From Fibrobacteria bacterium (GTDB lineage Bacteria; Fibrobacterota; Fibrobacteria; UBA11236), in assembly GCA_041746255.1 (NCBI GenBank), contig JBGTHM010000032.1:61614-125613 (forward strand): DNA of 64,000 bases, in the 5' to 3' direction. The notes under the pieces were generated by a model that ran no database searches, had not been told where the DNA came from, and saw nothing but the letters and a program-made list of their open reading frames with translations. This document shows, one piece after another, positions 28,556 through 38,863 of this stretch (positions are counted from its first letter, which is position 1; each line of letters opens with the position of its first letter). The translations under genes and the position numbers were made by a program.

Positions 28556-29208
28556 AACCCCTCCACCTGCTCATCGATTTGGCAGTGTCGGGGTATGTGG
28601 CTTTGTTTGATGCGGAAGGGAATCTCCTCACGCATGGCAAGAACCCCGAGGGAGCGAAGGGCGAACATGCGGAAGCCTTGGTGCGGGAACAACTGGAGGA
28701 GTCGGGAGCGCATGCCGGCGATATTGCTTCGCTGAGCGTGGGCATCGGACCCGGTAGTTTTACCGGAGTTCGCGTCGGAGTGGCGCTGGCTCAAGGCCTG
28801 GCCTTTCCCGACTCATTGCCTATTTACCCTTTCTCCTCCCTGGAGGCCTTGTTATGCAAGGTTCCGGAGCAGGAAACGGGTTTGGCCGTACTTCCCGCCC
28901 ATGGAGGACTCGCCTATATGCGCAGCAATATCGACGGATGGGAATTGGTGGAATCCTTGGAATCGGTCCGGCGTCGTGCATTCAACCATGCGCATGTGGT
29001 GCTGCCGGCTCCGCCTACGGAACCTTGGCCGGGACCGCAAATGCATGTGTTAAGCGAGGGCTATCCATTCGAGGCGGTGCGTCGCATGGCGTTGCAAAGA
29101 AGTCCAATCTTCGATGGAATCGTCAAACCCAACTATAAACTGCCTTCGGCGGCGGAAAGTAAGCGTTTGGGATCCGAAAGTGATTTCGAATTGGGATCAA
29201 ATGCATGA
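28552..29208 (+). CDS. tsaB: tRNA threonylcarbamoyladenosine biosynthesis protein TsaB
   Basis: GIGPGSFTGVRVG; adjacent to rimI. Confidence 0.87.
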   Translation: MKPLHLLIDLAVSGYVALFDAEGNLLTHGKNPEGAKGEHAEALVREQLEESGAHAGDIASLSVGIGPGSFTGVRVGVALAQGLAFPDSLPIYPFSSLEALLCKVPEQETGLAVLPAHGGLAYMRSNIDGWELVESLESVRRRAFNHAHVVLPAPPTEPWPGPQMHVLSEGYPFEAVRRMALQRSPIFDGIVKPNYKLPSAAESKRLGSESDFELGSNA

Positions 29209-29705
29209 ACGGTGTTCGCTCCATGACCTTCGGCGACTTGGATGCCGTTTTAAGCTTGGAGCGTGACGTCAGCCCCCAGCCCTGGGCCCGGAGTCATTTC
29301 GAAGCGTTTATCTGCGAACGCGATGGGGAAACGCACAAGCAAACGTTACGGACCATGCCGGTTTCGATAACCTGGGTACGCAGTGGCTGGGTCGTATACG
29401 AAGAAAAGGAATTGATCGGATTTATCTGCGCCAGCGAATTGGCGGAAGCCGTAGAGGTTGAGAACCTGGCAGTGCATCAGAGCTTTCGGCGTAGGGGATT
29501 GGGAAGGCGCCTATTGGAAACGGTAGTCCTTTTTGCCAAGAAAAGGGGAGCCTTGTCGATAAGGCTTGAGGTGCGTGCGGAAAATAAGGCCGCACGCAGC
29601 CTTTACGAAGGGTTGGGATTCCGCCTAACCGGCATCAGGCCTCGATATTATGCGGATAACCGGGAAGACGCCGTGCTTTATGACTTACCGCTTACGCAAG
29701 GATAA
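29205..29705 (+). CDS. rimI: Ribosomal protein S18 alanine N-acetyltransferase
   Basis: NLAVH..RRRGLG, LEVRAEN, LYEGLGF, RPRYY, EDA. Confidence 0.88.
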   Translation: MNGVRSMTFGDLDAVLSLERDVSPQPWARSHFEAFICERDGETHKQTLRTMPVSITWVRSGWVVYEEKELIGFICASELAEAVEVENLAVHQSFRRRGLGRRLLETVVLFAKKRGALSIRLEVRAENKAARSLYEGLGFRLTGIRPRYYADNREDAVLYDLPLTQG

Positions 29706-29762
29706 GCGCATTTTATTATCTTACCCCTCATTCTCCATCCACAGGCTATTAGAGAGGAGCTC

Positions 29763-30254
29763 ATGCAAAAAGTGCTGATCCAAACGCGATTCGGAAACAT
29801 GGAAATTGAATTCTTTCCGGATTCCGCTCCCGGACATGTCGAGAACTTCATCGAACTCGCGAAGCAGGGTTTTTATGATGGATGTCTTTTCCACAGGGTG
29901 ATTCCGGGATTCATGATTCAAGGCGGAGACCCCAATAGCAAGCTTCCCGACAGGCAATTACACGGAACCGGGGGATCCGGCAAAAACCTCAAGGCGGAAT
30001 TTTCCCAGCGTAACCACGTGCGTGGTACCCTTTCAATGGCCCGCTCCCAACATCCCGACTCAGCCTCGTCCCAATTCTTCATCGTATTGGAAGACCAATC
30101 CCACTTGAACGGACAGTATACGGTTTTCGGCCAGGTGGTTGAGGGTATGGACGTGGTGGATAAAATCGCTGAAGAAGAAACCGATTTCCGCGACAATCCC
30201 GTTGAACCGGTGGCCATGACTATCTCTTGGGTGGAAGAGACTCAAGAAGCCTAA
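29763..30254 (+). CDS. Cyclophilin-type peptidyl-prolyl isomerase
   Basis: FHRVIPGFMIQGGDP, SMAR, SQFFI, YTVFGQV; AGGAG SD. Confidence 0.94.
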   Translation: MQKVLIQTRFGNMEIEFFPDSAPGHVENFIELAKQGFYDGCLFHRVIPGFMIQGGDPNSKLPDRQLHGTGGSGKNLKAEFSQRNHVRGTLSMARSQHPDSASSQFFIVLEDQSHLNGQYTVFGQVVEGMDVVDKIAEEETDFRDNPVEPVAMTISWVEETQEA

Positions 30255-30289
30255 CCACCCGGCCAAGACGGCCCGTGAAAGTGGAATCT

Positions 30290-31123
30290 ATGCCTATTCG
30301 GCCGAAATCGCCTTCGACATCCGTTCGTCCCTCCCGGGGCCAGCGTCGATTTCTGCCCTTGACCTATTTGATTCTACCGGCGGCAGCCATAGTGTCCGTG
30401 GTGGCGGCGCTGGTACTGTGGAGATCGGGACTCTGGTTGGTCCGCACCGACTCATTTGAAAAGGTGAAGTGGGCCGTGGTGCTGGCCGGTGAATCGCGGG
30501 ACATGGAGCGTACCGAGGCCGCGGCTTTGCTCATGCGCGAGGGACAGGTCGACTCCCTGATTATTTCGGGGAACCGGATTTTCGGCAACCGCTATACCAG
30601 CGAATTTGCGGCAAGGGTATTTCTCGAGCAGGGAGTGGAACCGATCCGGGTTTTCGAGTTCAGGAACGACGCTTATTCCACGGTTGAAGAGGCTGTGGAG
30701 TTGATTCGGCAATTCCGGTTCATGGGTTTGGATACCGTACTTGTCATCACGTCCAATTTCCATACCCATCGGGCAGGGTCGATTTTCCAAAGGCTGGCCG
30801 GCGGGGATCCCGAAATCCTGGTGCATGCGGCCGACTACCCTCTCTTCGATCCCGGGGCCTGGTGGAGTTCACGCGAAAGCCGTAAACACTGGCTTACCGA
30901 ATGGCTGAAGGTCGTACATGGAACTATGGAGGCGACCGGTAAAAGGAAAGTGGAGGGCCAAAGTGACTTCAATCAACTCTTGCCGGTTTCAGCCGCCGCT
31001 CCTGGTACCGGTATTGCAATTCGGGGCAAGCAAGAAAGTTTGCCGGGGCCGAGTAAACCGGTTTCGGATGGGGAAACCCTGCCTAACCCGACGGATTCCG
31101 GCATGAATTCCGAGTCGCCTTGA
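30290..31123 (+). CDS. YdcF/DUF218 family membrane protein
   Basis: TM then AVVLAG, R, IISG, STVEEA, ITSNFHTHRA. Confidence 0.82.
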   Translation: MPIRPKSPSTSVRPSRGQRRFLPLTYLILPAAAIVSVVAALVLWRSGLWLVRTDSFEKVKWAVVLAGESRDMERTEAAALLMREGQVDSLIISGNRIFGNRYTSEFAARVFLEQGVEPIRVFEFRNDAYSTVEEAVELIRQFRFMGLDTVLVITSNFHTHRAGSIFQRLAGGDPEILVHAADYPLFDPGAWWSSRESRKHWLTEWLKVVHGTMEATGKRKVEGQSDFNQLLPVSAAAPGTGIAIRGKQESLPGPSKPVSDGETLPNPTDSGMNSESP

Positions 31124-31174
31124 CTTGCGGCGCCCGCTAGCCGGGTTAAGGGTTGGGGCCTTATTCCACCTTGC

Positions 31175-33949
31175 CTACTTCACCTTCGCGAAATGAGCCA
31201 GGAGGTTGGCGAAAAGAGCGTCGGCCATGGCATTCCGCCCCAACCTCTCCAACATTTCGAATTGACAGAAGATGACCTTGCCTTTGCCCAGGGAAAGATG
31301 GGCGATATCCATTCCCCATTTTATCAAAGGCGTTTTGGTATCCACGGTGCGACCTGAGGGTTCCGGAGGGATTAGGGAGGCACAGCCGGCCGCCATGGTT
31401 AGGGACGCGCAATGATCCAGGCTCCAGGTGGGCAGAATGTCCGCAAAGCTTTGGTCCAAAAGGCATTGGCTGGGCAAGTCCTTGAAAACCGGGGATTGCA
31501 AGGCGAAATGGTAGGAGCCGAAAGCGGTTCCGTTGGAACGGTGGCAGGAAATGGATTCGGGCAAAACTTTGAGCGCGTTGATGCGCTGCGCTTCTTCGTC
31601 GGTGATGGGGCCCAACATTAGGATTTTTCCGGATTTGGCATCCGCGAATATTCTCGCGAGGTCGGCATCCGAAATGTCGGAAACCTTGGCGGCCAAATTG
31701 AGGCTACCCGTGTCGGAGGCGAAGGAGGCGATGGTATCGGACATCGGACCGGTTACCTGGATATGTTTGAGCAGTTGTTCCAGCTTCACTTCAGGAGGCA
31801 CGAAGAATACCTCTTCGGTTCGCATCACCTCTTTATTGTTCTTGGAGAGGTTCAAGTCGAAAGTAAAGCGTCCTTTTTCGAAACCGACGGGAAATTTGAA
31901 TCGGCCTACCAGATTGACTCCGGGCTTGGCCCGACCTGGAAGAGATTCCTGATGCCATATGCGTCCATTGGGACCTTTCACACGCAAGAGAAGACCGTAA
32001 TCACCCAAGTCGCCGTCATTGACCATATGGATTTTAATGGCGGCCGAAGTTCCGCTATAGGGAGTCCTTTCTTCGGCTTCGGCTATGACATATACCGGCC
32101 GGTTCAATTTCTTGAAGGATTCGAATGCGGGTTTGGGCTGCCGAAGCCAGTTGGTGAGTCCCGAAAAATTAAGGCCGTAATCGGCATAGGTATCGAGTAC
32201 ATACCCCGACACGTTGGGATTGATGAAAAGGGCTTCGATTTGCGCGACGAGCGCCTGTCGTGCGGATGCCGCCGCGTCTTTCCAGAAATCCTCGGTGGTT
32301 TTCCAGATGGAAATGCCATGCTGTTTTAAACCCGCTCCCAATTCTTTTTGCAAACGGGTGAAAAGCAGAATCTCGGTGCTACGGGAATGCTTCGCGGCTC
32401 CCGTGGCCAGTTCTTCCGGATTTTCCGGCATGGCTACACCCATGCCGTCGATGAGAATTTTACCCTGTATCCCGTCTTTGAGATAGTTGTAGCGTTCCCA
32501 AAACGATTTGTTACCGTGAATGCCATCCGCCACGCTTTTCCCATCCTTGGATGAACAATAGGTGGACAGCATGCCGAAGGTTTTAAGGGCGAGAGGAAAG
32601 GTGATTCTCAATTTGTGCCATTCGCTGGGCCCGATTTGTTGCAGGGTAGGCTCATACACTTTGCCGATGTCGATTTTTCCGCCGCCGTTGCTGTCCAACG
32701 AAACCGAATTCAAGTTGGAGAAAATCGGTCGGCTATTGTCCAGCTCGGCGGTATAGCGCAGCAGTTTGTTCCCATTTTCCAGCACCATGGAACCGTTTTC
32801 GGAGCCGATGGCCCACGCGAAAATACAGGGATGCGAACCATCGCGCTCGATGAGAAAACGGATTTGGTCTTTCAGATTCTCAAGACCCAGTTTGCTGGAT
32901 TTTTGATTGAAACAGGTGGTTTCCTGAATTACCAACATTCCGATTTCGTCGCAAATATCCAGAACCTGGGTCGGAAGGGGTGCGCCGTCGGAGCGTATCA
33001 GGTTAAACCCAGCCTCTTTCAGGCCGGTCAATTCCTTGCGCAATTCCAGGTCGCGCGGGGGAGTTCCGGGGTGGAAAGCGAACAACCAGGGATAACCGAC
33101 TCCACGAACCTTGATGGTTTGATGGTTCAGCTTGAAATTACCCCTTTCGATGTCCGCGCCGCGCATACCGAAACGCGTTTCCATTGAGGGTGAATTGGGT
33201 ATGCTTACTTTGAGCTTATAGAGCGAACGCTCATTCAAGTTCCAGAGCTTGACATCCTCCAATTGCAACGAAATGGAGAGCGTGCCGTTTTCTTTGTCGA
33301 TTTTGACGTCTTTGGTGAAGCCACCGGCTTCTCCCTTGGGATCGGTGAGTTCAAACTCGAGGTTGGCCTGGAAATTTTTCGGGTTCCAGAATCGGGTGAG
33401 GATGGTGATCCGGTCGGCTTCATAATCCGGCAGACAAACCAGGGAGCGAATGCCGGCGCGTCCGATACAAATCAACTCCGCTCCGCCCAGGAACCCGGCG
33501 AAAGGCGCACGTAGATAAGGCCCGCCCAGGGCCAGTTCGGACGCATGTTGGTCGATAAGCTGCTGGGAATTATCCGGCTCTTGCACGCGTATGGCCAGAA
33601 GGTTGCTCTCACCCGCTTTGAGATGGCGAGAAACATCGAATTCGAAGGGAAGGAAGCTACCGAAATGGGTGCCGATTTCTTCGCCGTTGAGCCAAACCGT
33701 AGCGAAATGCTGGATGGAATCGAGTCGCAGAATCCACCGGGTAGGGCCCGTGCGCTTTTCCGGAGTAAAAGTATTGAAATAATACCCGATGTGGGCGTTT
33801 TCGCTACCGCGAATGCCGGTCCAATCGTGGGGTAAGGCGGCTTTGGCGGCCTTTGGCGGTTTTTTCACGAACCACTCTTCGAGCAATCCCTCATCCAGGG
33901 GATCGAAAATGAATTCCCAATTTTCTTCCAGCTTGAAAGAATTACCCAT
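31175..33949 (-). CDS. Glycoside hydrolase family 2-like protein (no signal peptide)
   Basis: Sugar-binding domain (VWLNG..IGTHFGSFLPFEFDVS), RFGMR, GFNLIR, CDEIGMLV, HPCIFAWAIGSE. Confidence 0.82.
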   Translation of the reverse strand: MGNSFKLEENWEFIFDPLDEGLLEEWFVKKPPKAAKAALPHDWTGIRGSENAHIGYYFNTFTPEKRTGPTRWILRLDSIQHFATVWLNGEEIGTHFGSFLPFEFDVSRHLKAGESNLLAIRVQEPDNSQQLIDQHASELALGGPYLRAPFAGFLGGAELICIGRAGIRSLVCLPDYEADRITILTRFWNPKNFQANLEFELTDPKGEAGGFTKDVKIDKENGTLSISLQLEDVKLWNLNERSLYKLKVSIPNSPSMETRFGMRGADIERGNFKLNHQTIKVRGVGYPWLFAFHPGTPPRDLELRKELTGLKEAGFNLIRSDGAPLPTQVLDICDEIGMLVIQETTCFNQKSSKLGLENLKDQIRFLIERDGSHPCIFAWAIGSENGSMVLENGNKLLRYTAELDNSRPIFSNLNSVSLDSNGGGKIDIGKVYEPTLQQIGPSEWHKLRITFPLALKTFGMLSTYCSSKDGKSVADGIHGNKSFWERYNYLKDGIQGKILIDGMGVAMPENPEELATGAAKHSRSTEILLFTRLQKELGAGLKQHGISIWKTTEDFWKDAAASARQALVAQIEALFINPNVSGYVLDTYADYGLNFSGLTNWLRQPKPAFESFKKLNRPVYVIAEAEERTPYSGTSAAIKIHMVNDGDLGDYGLLLRVKGPNGRIWHQESLPGRAKPGVNLVGRFKFPVGFEKGRFTFDLNLSKNNKEVMRTEEVFFVPPEVKLEQLLKHIQVTGPMSDTIASFASDTGSLNLAAKVSDISDADLARIFADAKSGKILMLGPITDEEAQRINALKVLPESISCHRSNGTAFGSYHFALQSPVFKDLPSQCLLDQSFADILPTWSLDHCASLTMAAGCASLIPPEPSGRTVDTKTPLIKWGMDIAHLSLGKGKVIFCQFEMLERLGRNAMADALFANLLAHFAKVK

Positions 33950-34072
33950 GACTTGTCCTTTGGGGCCGTCGAGGCGACCGGGATGATGGCTTGTAGTTTT
34001 CCCCTTTCGGGGGCCTAAAAATAGTTAAAACGAAGGGGAATTGGGGTTAAATAGCGGGATTTTCCGTTTATC

Positions 34073-34885
34073 TCAAAGGTTGGGGAGTGGGAAGAGATTG
34101 AAATACCAAGTCCAGATTTTGTCTCCGGCCAATGCTGCCAGAAGAATTCCGGCACAAATAAAGGGGCCAAAAGGAATGTGATTGGACGTGCCGGGCTTAC
34201 GCACCAGCAGTAGGGGAATGCCGATGAGGCAGCCCAGAATGGAGGCGAGGAGAAGCCCCAGCAAAGTGATGTTCAGACCGAATAAAGCGCCTGCCATCGC
34301 CAATAACTTGACATCTCCCAACCCCATGGCCTCTTTTCGCAGGAGTTTTCCGGCGGCAAATCCCACCAGCCAAAGGCAACCTCCAGCGCCCACCAATCCG
34401 ATTAAGGATTCGGAAAATTCCAACCCGTTTGGAAGTAGGCTAATTGCCAATCCCAATGCCATGCCGGGATAAGTGAAAAGATCGGGGATGAGATAATGCC
34501 GAAGGTCGATGACGAGTATAGGGATACTGACCAGGGCGAGGTAAACCAGAGCAATGGAGAAACCCGCGTCCAAGGGCCTGGTGAAAACCCACGCCACCGT
34601 CACCGTCGCCGTCACACCCGTTATCAGTTCAATGACAGGATAAATCCGGCCGATTGGCGCCCGGCAGGAACGGCATTTCCCCCCGAGCAGCAGCCAGGAC
34701 AGGACGGGTATGTTATCGTAAAACCGGATGCGGTAATCGCAGCGTACGCAATGGGAAGGCGGCCAGGCAACCGACTGGTTCCGTGGCATTCGGTAAATGA
34801 CCACATTGAAGAAGGAGCCGACCAGCGAGCCGAATACGAATGCGGAAAACAGGATAAAGGCAATGGGAGGGACGATGAATTCCAT
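34073..34885 (-). CDS. pilD: Prepilin peptidase/N-methyltransferase
   Basis: GSFFNVVIYR, SHCVRC, CRSC, IDL..YLIPD, MGLGDVKL, IPFGPF. Confidence 0.93.
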   Translation of the reverse strand: MEFIVPPIAFILFSAFVFGSLVGSFFNVVIYRMPRNQSVAWPPSHCVRCDYRIRFYDNIPVLSWLLLGGKCRSCRAPIGRIYPVIELITGVTATVTVAWVFTRPLDAGFSIALVYLALVSIPILVIDLRHYLIPDLFTYPGMALGLAISLLPNGLEFSESLIGLVGAGGCLWLVGFAAGKLLRKEAMGLGDVKLLAMAGALFGLNITLLGLLLASILGCLIGIPLLLVRKPGTSNHIPFGPFICAGILLAALAGDKIWTWYFNLFPLPNL

Positions 34886-34960
34886 GGATGCTACCCGATT
34901 GTCGCATAAAAATCGCGCCGGGTCAAAGTCACCGTAAGCCTTGGAAACATGTCGTATAAT

Positions 34961-35587
34961 TTAGAACAGTACAGCGAGCCGAGCCAGGGACGCCGAAGGT
35001 AATCCTTGGCGGAGTTTTCCAAATAACCATTTGTTTTCCAGCTCCAACTCCAATTGCCGGTCTGATTCGCGAAAAAGAGCTATGCCCACTGAGGCGCTCA
35101 AATTGAACCCAGTCGCACTTTCATTGGCGCCGTCCGCCAATCCGAAACCCGTTCCCAAACCGAAATAAGGCGAGGTTTCAAACCGATGGGTATAGAGATT
35201 CCCTCCAATATTCACGCTCAGAAAATGTCCCTCCGCGAAATCCGTAATCCCCTCGCTCCAAACCCGAAATGCGCTATAGGGAGGAACGGCCCAAAACCGT
35301 CCCAAGGAAAAATGGTAGGACAGGTTCCGCGCCTCCATGTTAGATAGTCCCACCAGGCCCACGCCCGCCAGGGTTCGAATATTAATGACCCCCCTTCCAT
35401 TTACCGGATCCAGATGTCCTTGCCAAAATTCGGTGTCAGGAACATCCGAAGGCGATTGGCTCTCCGTGATCGAGGCTGAGTCCGGGGAAAAAATCTCCTC
35501 ACTTTGCGAAATCGGATCACGCGGATCCTCGCCAAATGCCGCCGCTACAACGGTAAAAAGGAAAAAACAGGATGCACGGAATAGCAA
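34961..35587 (-). CDS. Hypothetical exported beta-barrel-like protein
   Basis: GGAGG SD plus TTG; signal peptide; SPYFGLGTG, terminal Phe. Confidence 0.6.
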   Translation of the reverse strand: MLFRASCFFLFTVVAAAFGEDPRDPISQSEEIFSPDSASITESQSPSDVPDTEFWQGHLDPVNGRGVINIRTLAGVGLVGLSNMEARNLSYHFSLGRFWAVPPYSAFRVWSEGITDFAEGHFLSVNIGGNLYTHRFETSPYFGLGTGFGLADGANESATGFNLSASVGIALFRESDRQLELELENKWLFGKLRQGLPSASLARLAVLF

Positions 35588-35672
35588 ATTCGGCCTCCAC
35601 GCTGGCTACTCTTGGGAAACAAATCCCATCCTGGGCGCCAGTCAATGGGAATAGCTGCTTGTGCATGGCAAT

Positions 35673-35688
35673 TGGTAGTCGAATTGCT
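35673..35688 (+). promoter_or_regulatory. Sigma-54 (-24/-12) promoter upstream of P-II gene
   Basis: TGGTAG-TCGAA-TTGCT, exact GG-N10-GC spacing, 31 nt before the ATG. Confidence 0.6.
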
Positions 35689-35719
35689 ATCTCCTCATGA
35701 ATGATGCCGGAGATTCCCC

Positions 35720-36055
35720 ATGAAAAAAATTGAAGCTGTTATCAAGCCCTATAAGCTGGATGACGTCCATGAAGCCTTACGGGATGTGATTTCGGGAATG
35801 AGCGTGAGCGAGGTCCGTGGATTCGGGCGCCAGAGGGGGCATAGCGAAATCTATCGCGGATCCGAATATAAACTCGATTTCGTACCCAAGATTATCCTGG
35901 AATTTTTTTGCAAGGACGAGGACGTGGAGACAATCGTCACGCGACTACAAGAACATGGACGGACGGGCAAAATCGGCGACGGGAAGGTTTTCATCTCCAG
36001 CGTGGACAATGCCCTGCGCATACGCACGGGCGAACGGGGCGAAGAGATCCTCTAG
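35720..36055 (+). CDS. glnB: Nitrogen regulatory protein P-II (GlnB/GlnK)
   Basis: GFGRQRG, T-loop YRGSEY, TGKIGDGKVF, RIRTGERG. Confidence 0.92.
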   Translation: MKKIEAVIKPYKLDDVHEALRDVISGMSVSEVRGFGRQRGHSEIYRGSEYKLDFVPKIILEFFCKDEDVETIVTRLQEHGRTGKIGDGKVFISSVDNALRIRTGERGEEIL

Positions 36056-36070
36056 AGGTCGCCGGTGCCT

Positions 36071-36880
36071 TCAACGGTGGGAAGCCATCCAATTCGTGAT
36101 GGAAGACTCCACCCTTTCACGATCGTAATCCAGGGTGATGATGTGGTCGCTCCTATTGAGGGCGACCAGGGTCTTGTCGTCGCTTCCCAGGGCGCGGATC
36201 AACTCGAGACTTCCGGAAAAGTCGCTGGTGCGGTCCTCCGTACTGTGCACTATCAGAGTGGGCGTCTTTATTTCTCCCAACCGATTCCGTATTTGCCGGG
36301 AACCTTCCATGATACCTTGCAATACCCGCGCGGGCATGGCATGGTAGGCGATGTGGTCGGGCAACGCGTAAACCTGTCGAATGGGCCCCTTGGCCGACTT
36401 CGCCAGGTTTTTAATCCACCATGGAATATGGCGAACCATCCAATGGTTGGGTATGATATTCAAGGTGCGTCCGGAGGGATACAGGAATGGAGCGATCAGC
36501 ACCAGGTTGGCGACTTTGCGGCGCGCGGCCAAATGCAGGGCCAACAAGCCGCCCATGCTGAATCCGCATACCGACACCTTGTCGCATTTCGCCGTCATGT
36601 CTTCGAAAGCCCGGGTCGCGCTTTCCAGATAAAGGTTCCAGCCGGTGCTTTGCAAGGCGCGCAAGGTAGTGCCGTGTCCCGGTAACAGGATACCGCGACA
36701 ATGGAATCCCTCTTGTGCGAGCTTTTTGGCTAAAAAGCGCAGCTCCCGCGGAGTGGAAGTCCATCCGTGCAGGAATAAAATTCCGTGGCGACCGTCCCCC
36801 AGCGAAAAGGGTTCGGCCCCCTCAATGATGTGGCTATGCGGATCGCGCGGTTGCGCTTTTTCCGTTTGGTAAAAAGTCAT
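36071..36880 (-). CDS. Alpha/beta hydrolase (carboxylesterase-like)
   Basis: LHGW, LPGHGT, GFSMGG, D and H of the triad (TEDRTS, SDHII). Confidence 0.88.
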   Translation of the reverse strand: MTFYQTEKAQPRDPHSHIIEGAEPFSLGDGRHGILFLHGWTSTPRELRFLAKKLAQEGFHCRGILLPGHGTTLRALQSTGWNLYLESATRAFEDMTAKCDKVSVCGFSMGGLLALHLAARRKVANLVLIAPFLYPSGRTLNIIPNHWMVRHIPWWIKNLAKSAKGPIRQVYALPDHIAYHAMPARVLQGIMEGSRQIRNRLGEIKTPTLIVHSTEDRTSDFSGSLELIRALGSDDKTLVALNRSDHIITLDYDRERVESSITNWMASHR

Positions 36881-37692
36881 ATTTGGTCCGGATGCTTGCC
36901 CTCGCTGATGTGGTGGAGGCCTTTGGTTACGTATGCGAATGCTTCTTCAACGGTATCGCAGATCTTGAAAAGGTTCAGGTCTTCGGGGCTAATCATGCCG
37001 GATTCGACGAGAAACTCGAAATTAAGCGCCTTCTTCCAGAAATCGCCGCCGAAAAGTACGACTACCATTTTTTTGGTGACCCTTTCGGTTTGTACCAAGG
37101 TCAACACCTCCATCATTTCATCAAGGGTGCCGAATCCACCGGGAAACATGACTATGGCCTTGGCCATGTAGACGAACCAGAATTTCCGGACGAAAAAATA
37201 ATGGAATTCAAAATTCAAGTGGGTGGAGATATAGGGATTCGGCTGCTGCTCGAAAGGCAAGTGGATATTCAATCCGATTGAGGGCGCCTTGGCTTTATGG
37301 GCGCCGAGGTTGGCCGCTTCCATGATTCCCGGGCCGCCGCCGGAGCAGATGGCGAAACCTTTTCCCTGCTCCCGGTTCCACTCGGAAAGTTGGCGCGCGA
37401 GTTCGACAGAGTCGTCGTAATAGCGGGACATGGCAATCAGATGATCGGCTCTGCGGATTTCCGCCGGTGTGGCTTCCGGCTTTTTTTTCAATTCGCGCAG
37501 CAGTTTGCGGGCCGTCTTTTCGGGAAGGATGCGGGCGGACCCGAAGAAGACGATGGTATCTTGAACTCCATAGCGTTTAAAGCGGAAATCGGGTTCCAGG
37601 AACTCGGATAATACCCGGAGGGTGCGCCCATCTTTGCTGCGAAGGAACTCGGTATTCAGGTAGGCGAATTGCCCGTTTTTTGTTTTGCTCAT
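36877..37692 (-). CDS. LOG family Rossmann-fold nucleotide phosphoribohydrolase
   Basis: FFGSAR, GGGPGIMEAAN, YFFVRK, PGGFGTLDE. Confidence 0.92.
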   Translation of the reverse strand: MSKTKNGQFAYLNTEFLRSKDGRTLRVLSEFLEPDFRFKRYGVQDTIVFFGSARILPEKTARKLLRELKKKPEATPAEIRRADHLIAMSRYYDDSVELARQLSEWNREQGKGFAICSGGGPGIMEAANLGAHKAKAPSIGLNIHLPFEQQPNPYISTHLNFEFHYFFVRKFWFVYMAKAIVMFPGGFGTLDEMMEVLTLVQTERVTKKMVVVLFGGDFWKKALNFEFLVESGMISPEDLNLFKICDTVEEAFAYVTKGLHHISEGKHPDQI

Positions 37693-37837
37693 TTTTCCCC
37701 CGGCGCTCGCCGGTTCATGTGAAGTGGATATAATGGATATAGTTTATAATTACCAGGTGTGAAGTCAAGTTGACCTTGATACCGTATGCATGGTAAGACT
37801 GTGGGATGCCGATGCACCTGCTCCGGGTGGGAGAGCC

Positions 37838-38863
37838 GTGACGAGACTGCGTGATGCATTGCGATGGGGAGCTCGTAAGGCATTGCGGCTGTTGCCACCC
37901 ATGGCTTCCCCAATTACCGATGGCGCCGACGTGACTCGCGTCGCCTATCTTTTTGCCGGTACATACGGGGATTTCGTGCAAATCCTGCCCACGCTTCGGG
38001 AGATGGACAGGCGATTTCCACAAGCGGATCTTTTTTTGGCGGCGCCTAAGGCGCTTTACCTTGCCTTCCGCTCCGAATTACCAACAAGGGTGCAAAGGGC
38101 AAAGCCAATCCACTTGCTTCTGTGGGCGATTTTCCCTGTCGAGGCATTGATGACCAATGCCGTCGGTGTTTATCGGGTCCGCTTCGATTTCGCGGCTCGT
38201 TTTTGCGCGCGTATCTCCCTGGGTTTCCGTTACCCCGGCGAACCCCCTCGCTCCGCATACTCATTTACCTTGGAGCTTCCGCCGCCACCGGCCAATTTCG
38301 GTCGGGAAAACCTCCGGCTGATCAATAGCGCGGCATCCTTTTTCGCGTTTGATTTATCGCAGCAGTCTGAGACGCAAGTGCCCGAGTCCGTGGCGAAAAG
38401 GGCTGGCTCCGGGCGACGGGTACTTTTTCATATCGGCAGCGCGGGGTTGCAAAAGGATTTCGGAACGAATACCTATCTGCGCATTATCAATACCGTGTTA
38501 AACCAATTGCCGATCCATGCAGTCGAAATTTACCATGGGCCTGGCGAAATGGCCGTAGCTCAGACTCTACGCGGGATGCATCCGGGAATGACTGTGAGGA
38601 TTTTACCCATGGCCGATTTCATCGCGGAAGTCAGGAGGCACGAAGGGACATTGCTTTGCTTCAACAGTTTCATGGCGCACTTATGCCATTACCTGGGAAA
38701 ACCGGCCCTGGTCATCCATCGCGATGCCGTACCCTACGGGTATGATTGCGCGCCTTTGCATGAGCAAATTATTCTGACGGGCCAGGATGGATATACCGTT
38801 CCGGTTTTGCGCCCCTACCTTGGCCAAGACCGAATTGAGGCCGACCCTCTAAATTTGCCGTAA
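37838..38863 (+). CDS. Divergent glycosyltransferase family 9-like protein
   Basis: GTYGDFV..LP.L..M, FHIGS, FNSFMAHL...LGKP; start uncertain. Confidence 0.55.
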   Translation: MTRLRDALRWGARKALRLLPPMASPITDGADVTRVAYLFAGTYGDFVQILPTLREMDRRFPQADLFLAAPKALYLAFRSELPTRVQRAKPIHLLLWAIFPVEALMTNAVGVYRVRFDFAARFCARISLGFRYPGEPPRSAYSFTLELPPPPANFGRENLRLINSAASFFAFDLSQQSETQVPESVAKRAGSGRRVLFHIGSAGLQKDFGTNTYLRIINTVLNQLPIHAVEIYHGPGEMAVAQTLRGMHPGMTVRILPMADFIAEVRRHEGTLLCFNSFMAHLCHYLGKPALVIHRDAVPYGYDCAPLHEQIILTGQDGYTVPVLRPYLGQDRIEADPLNLP

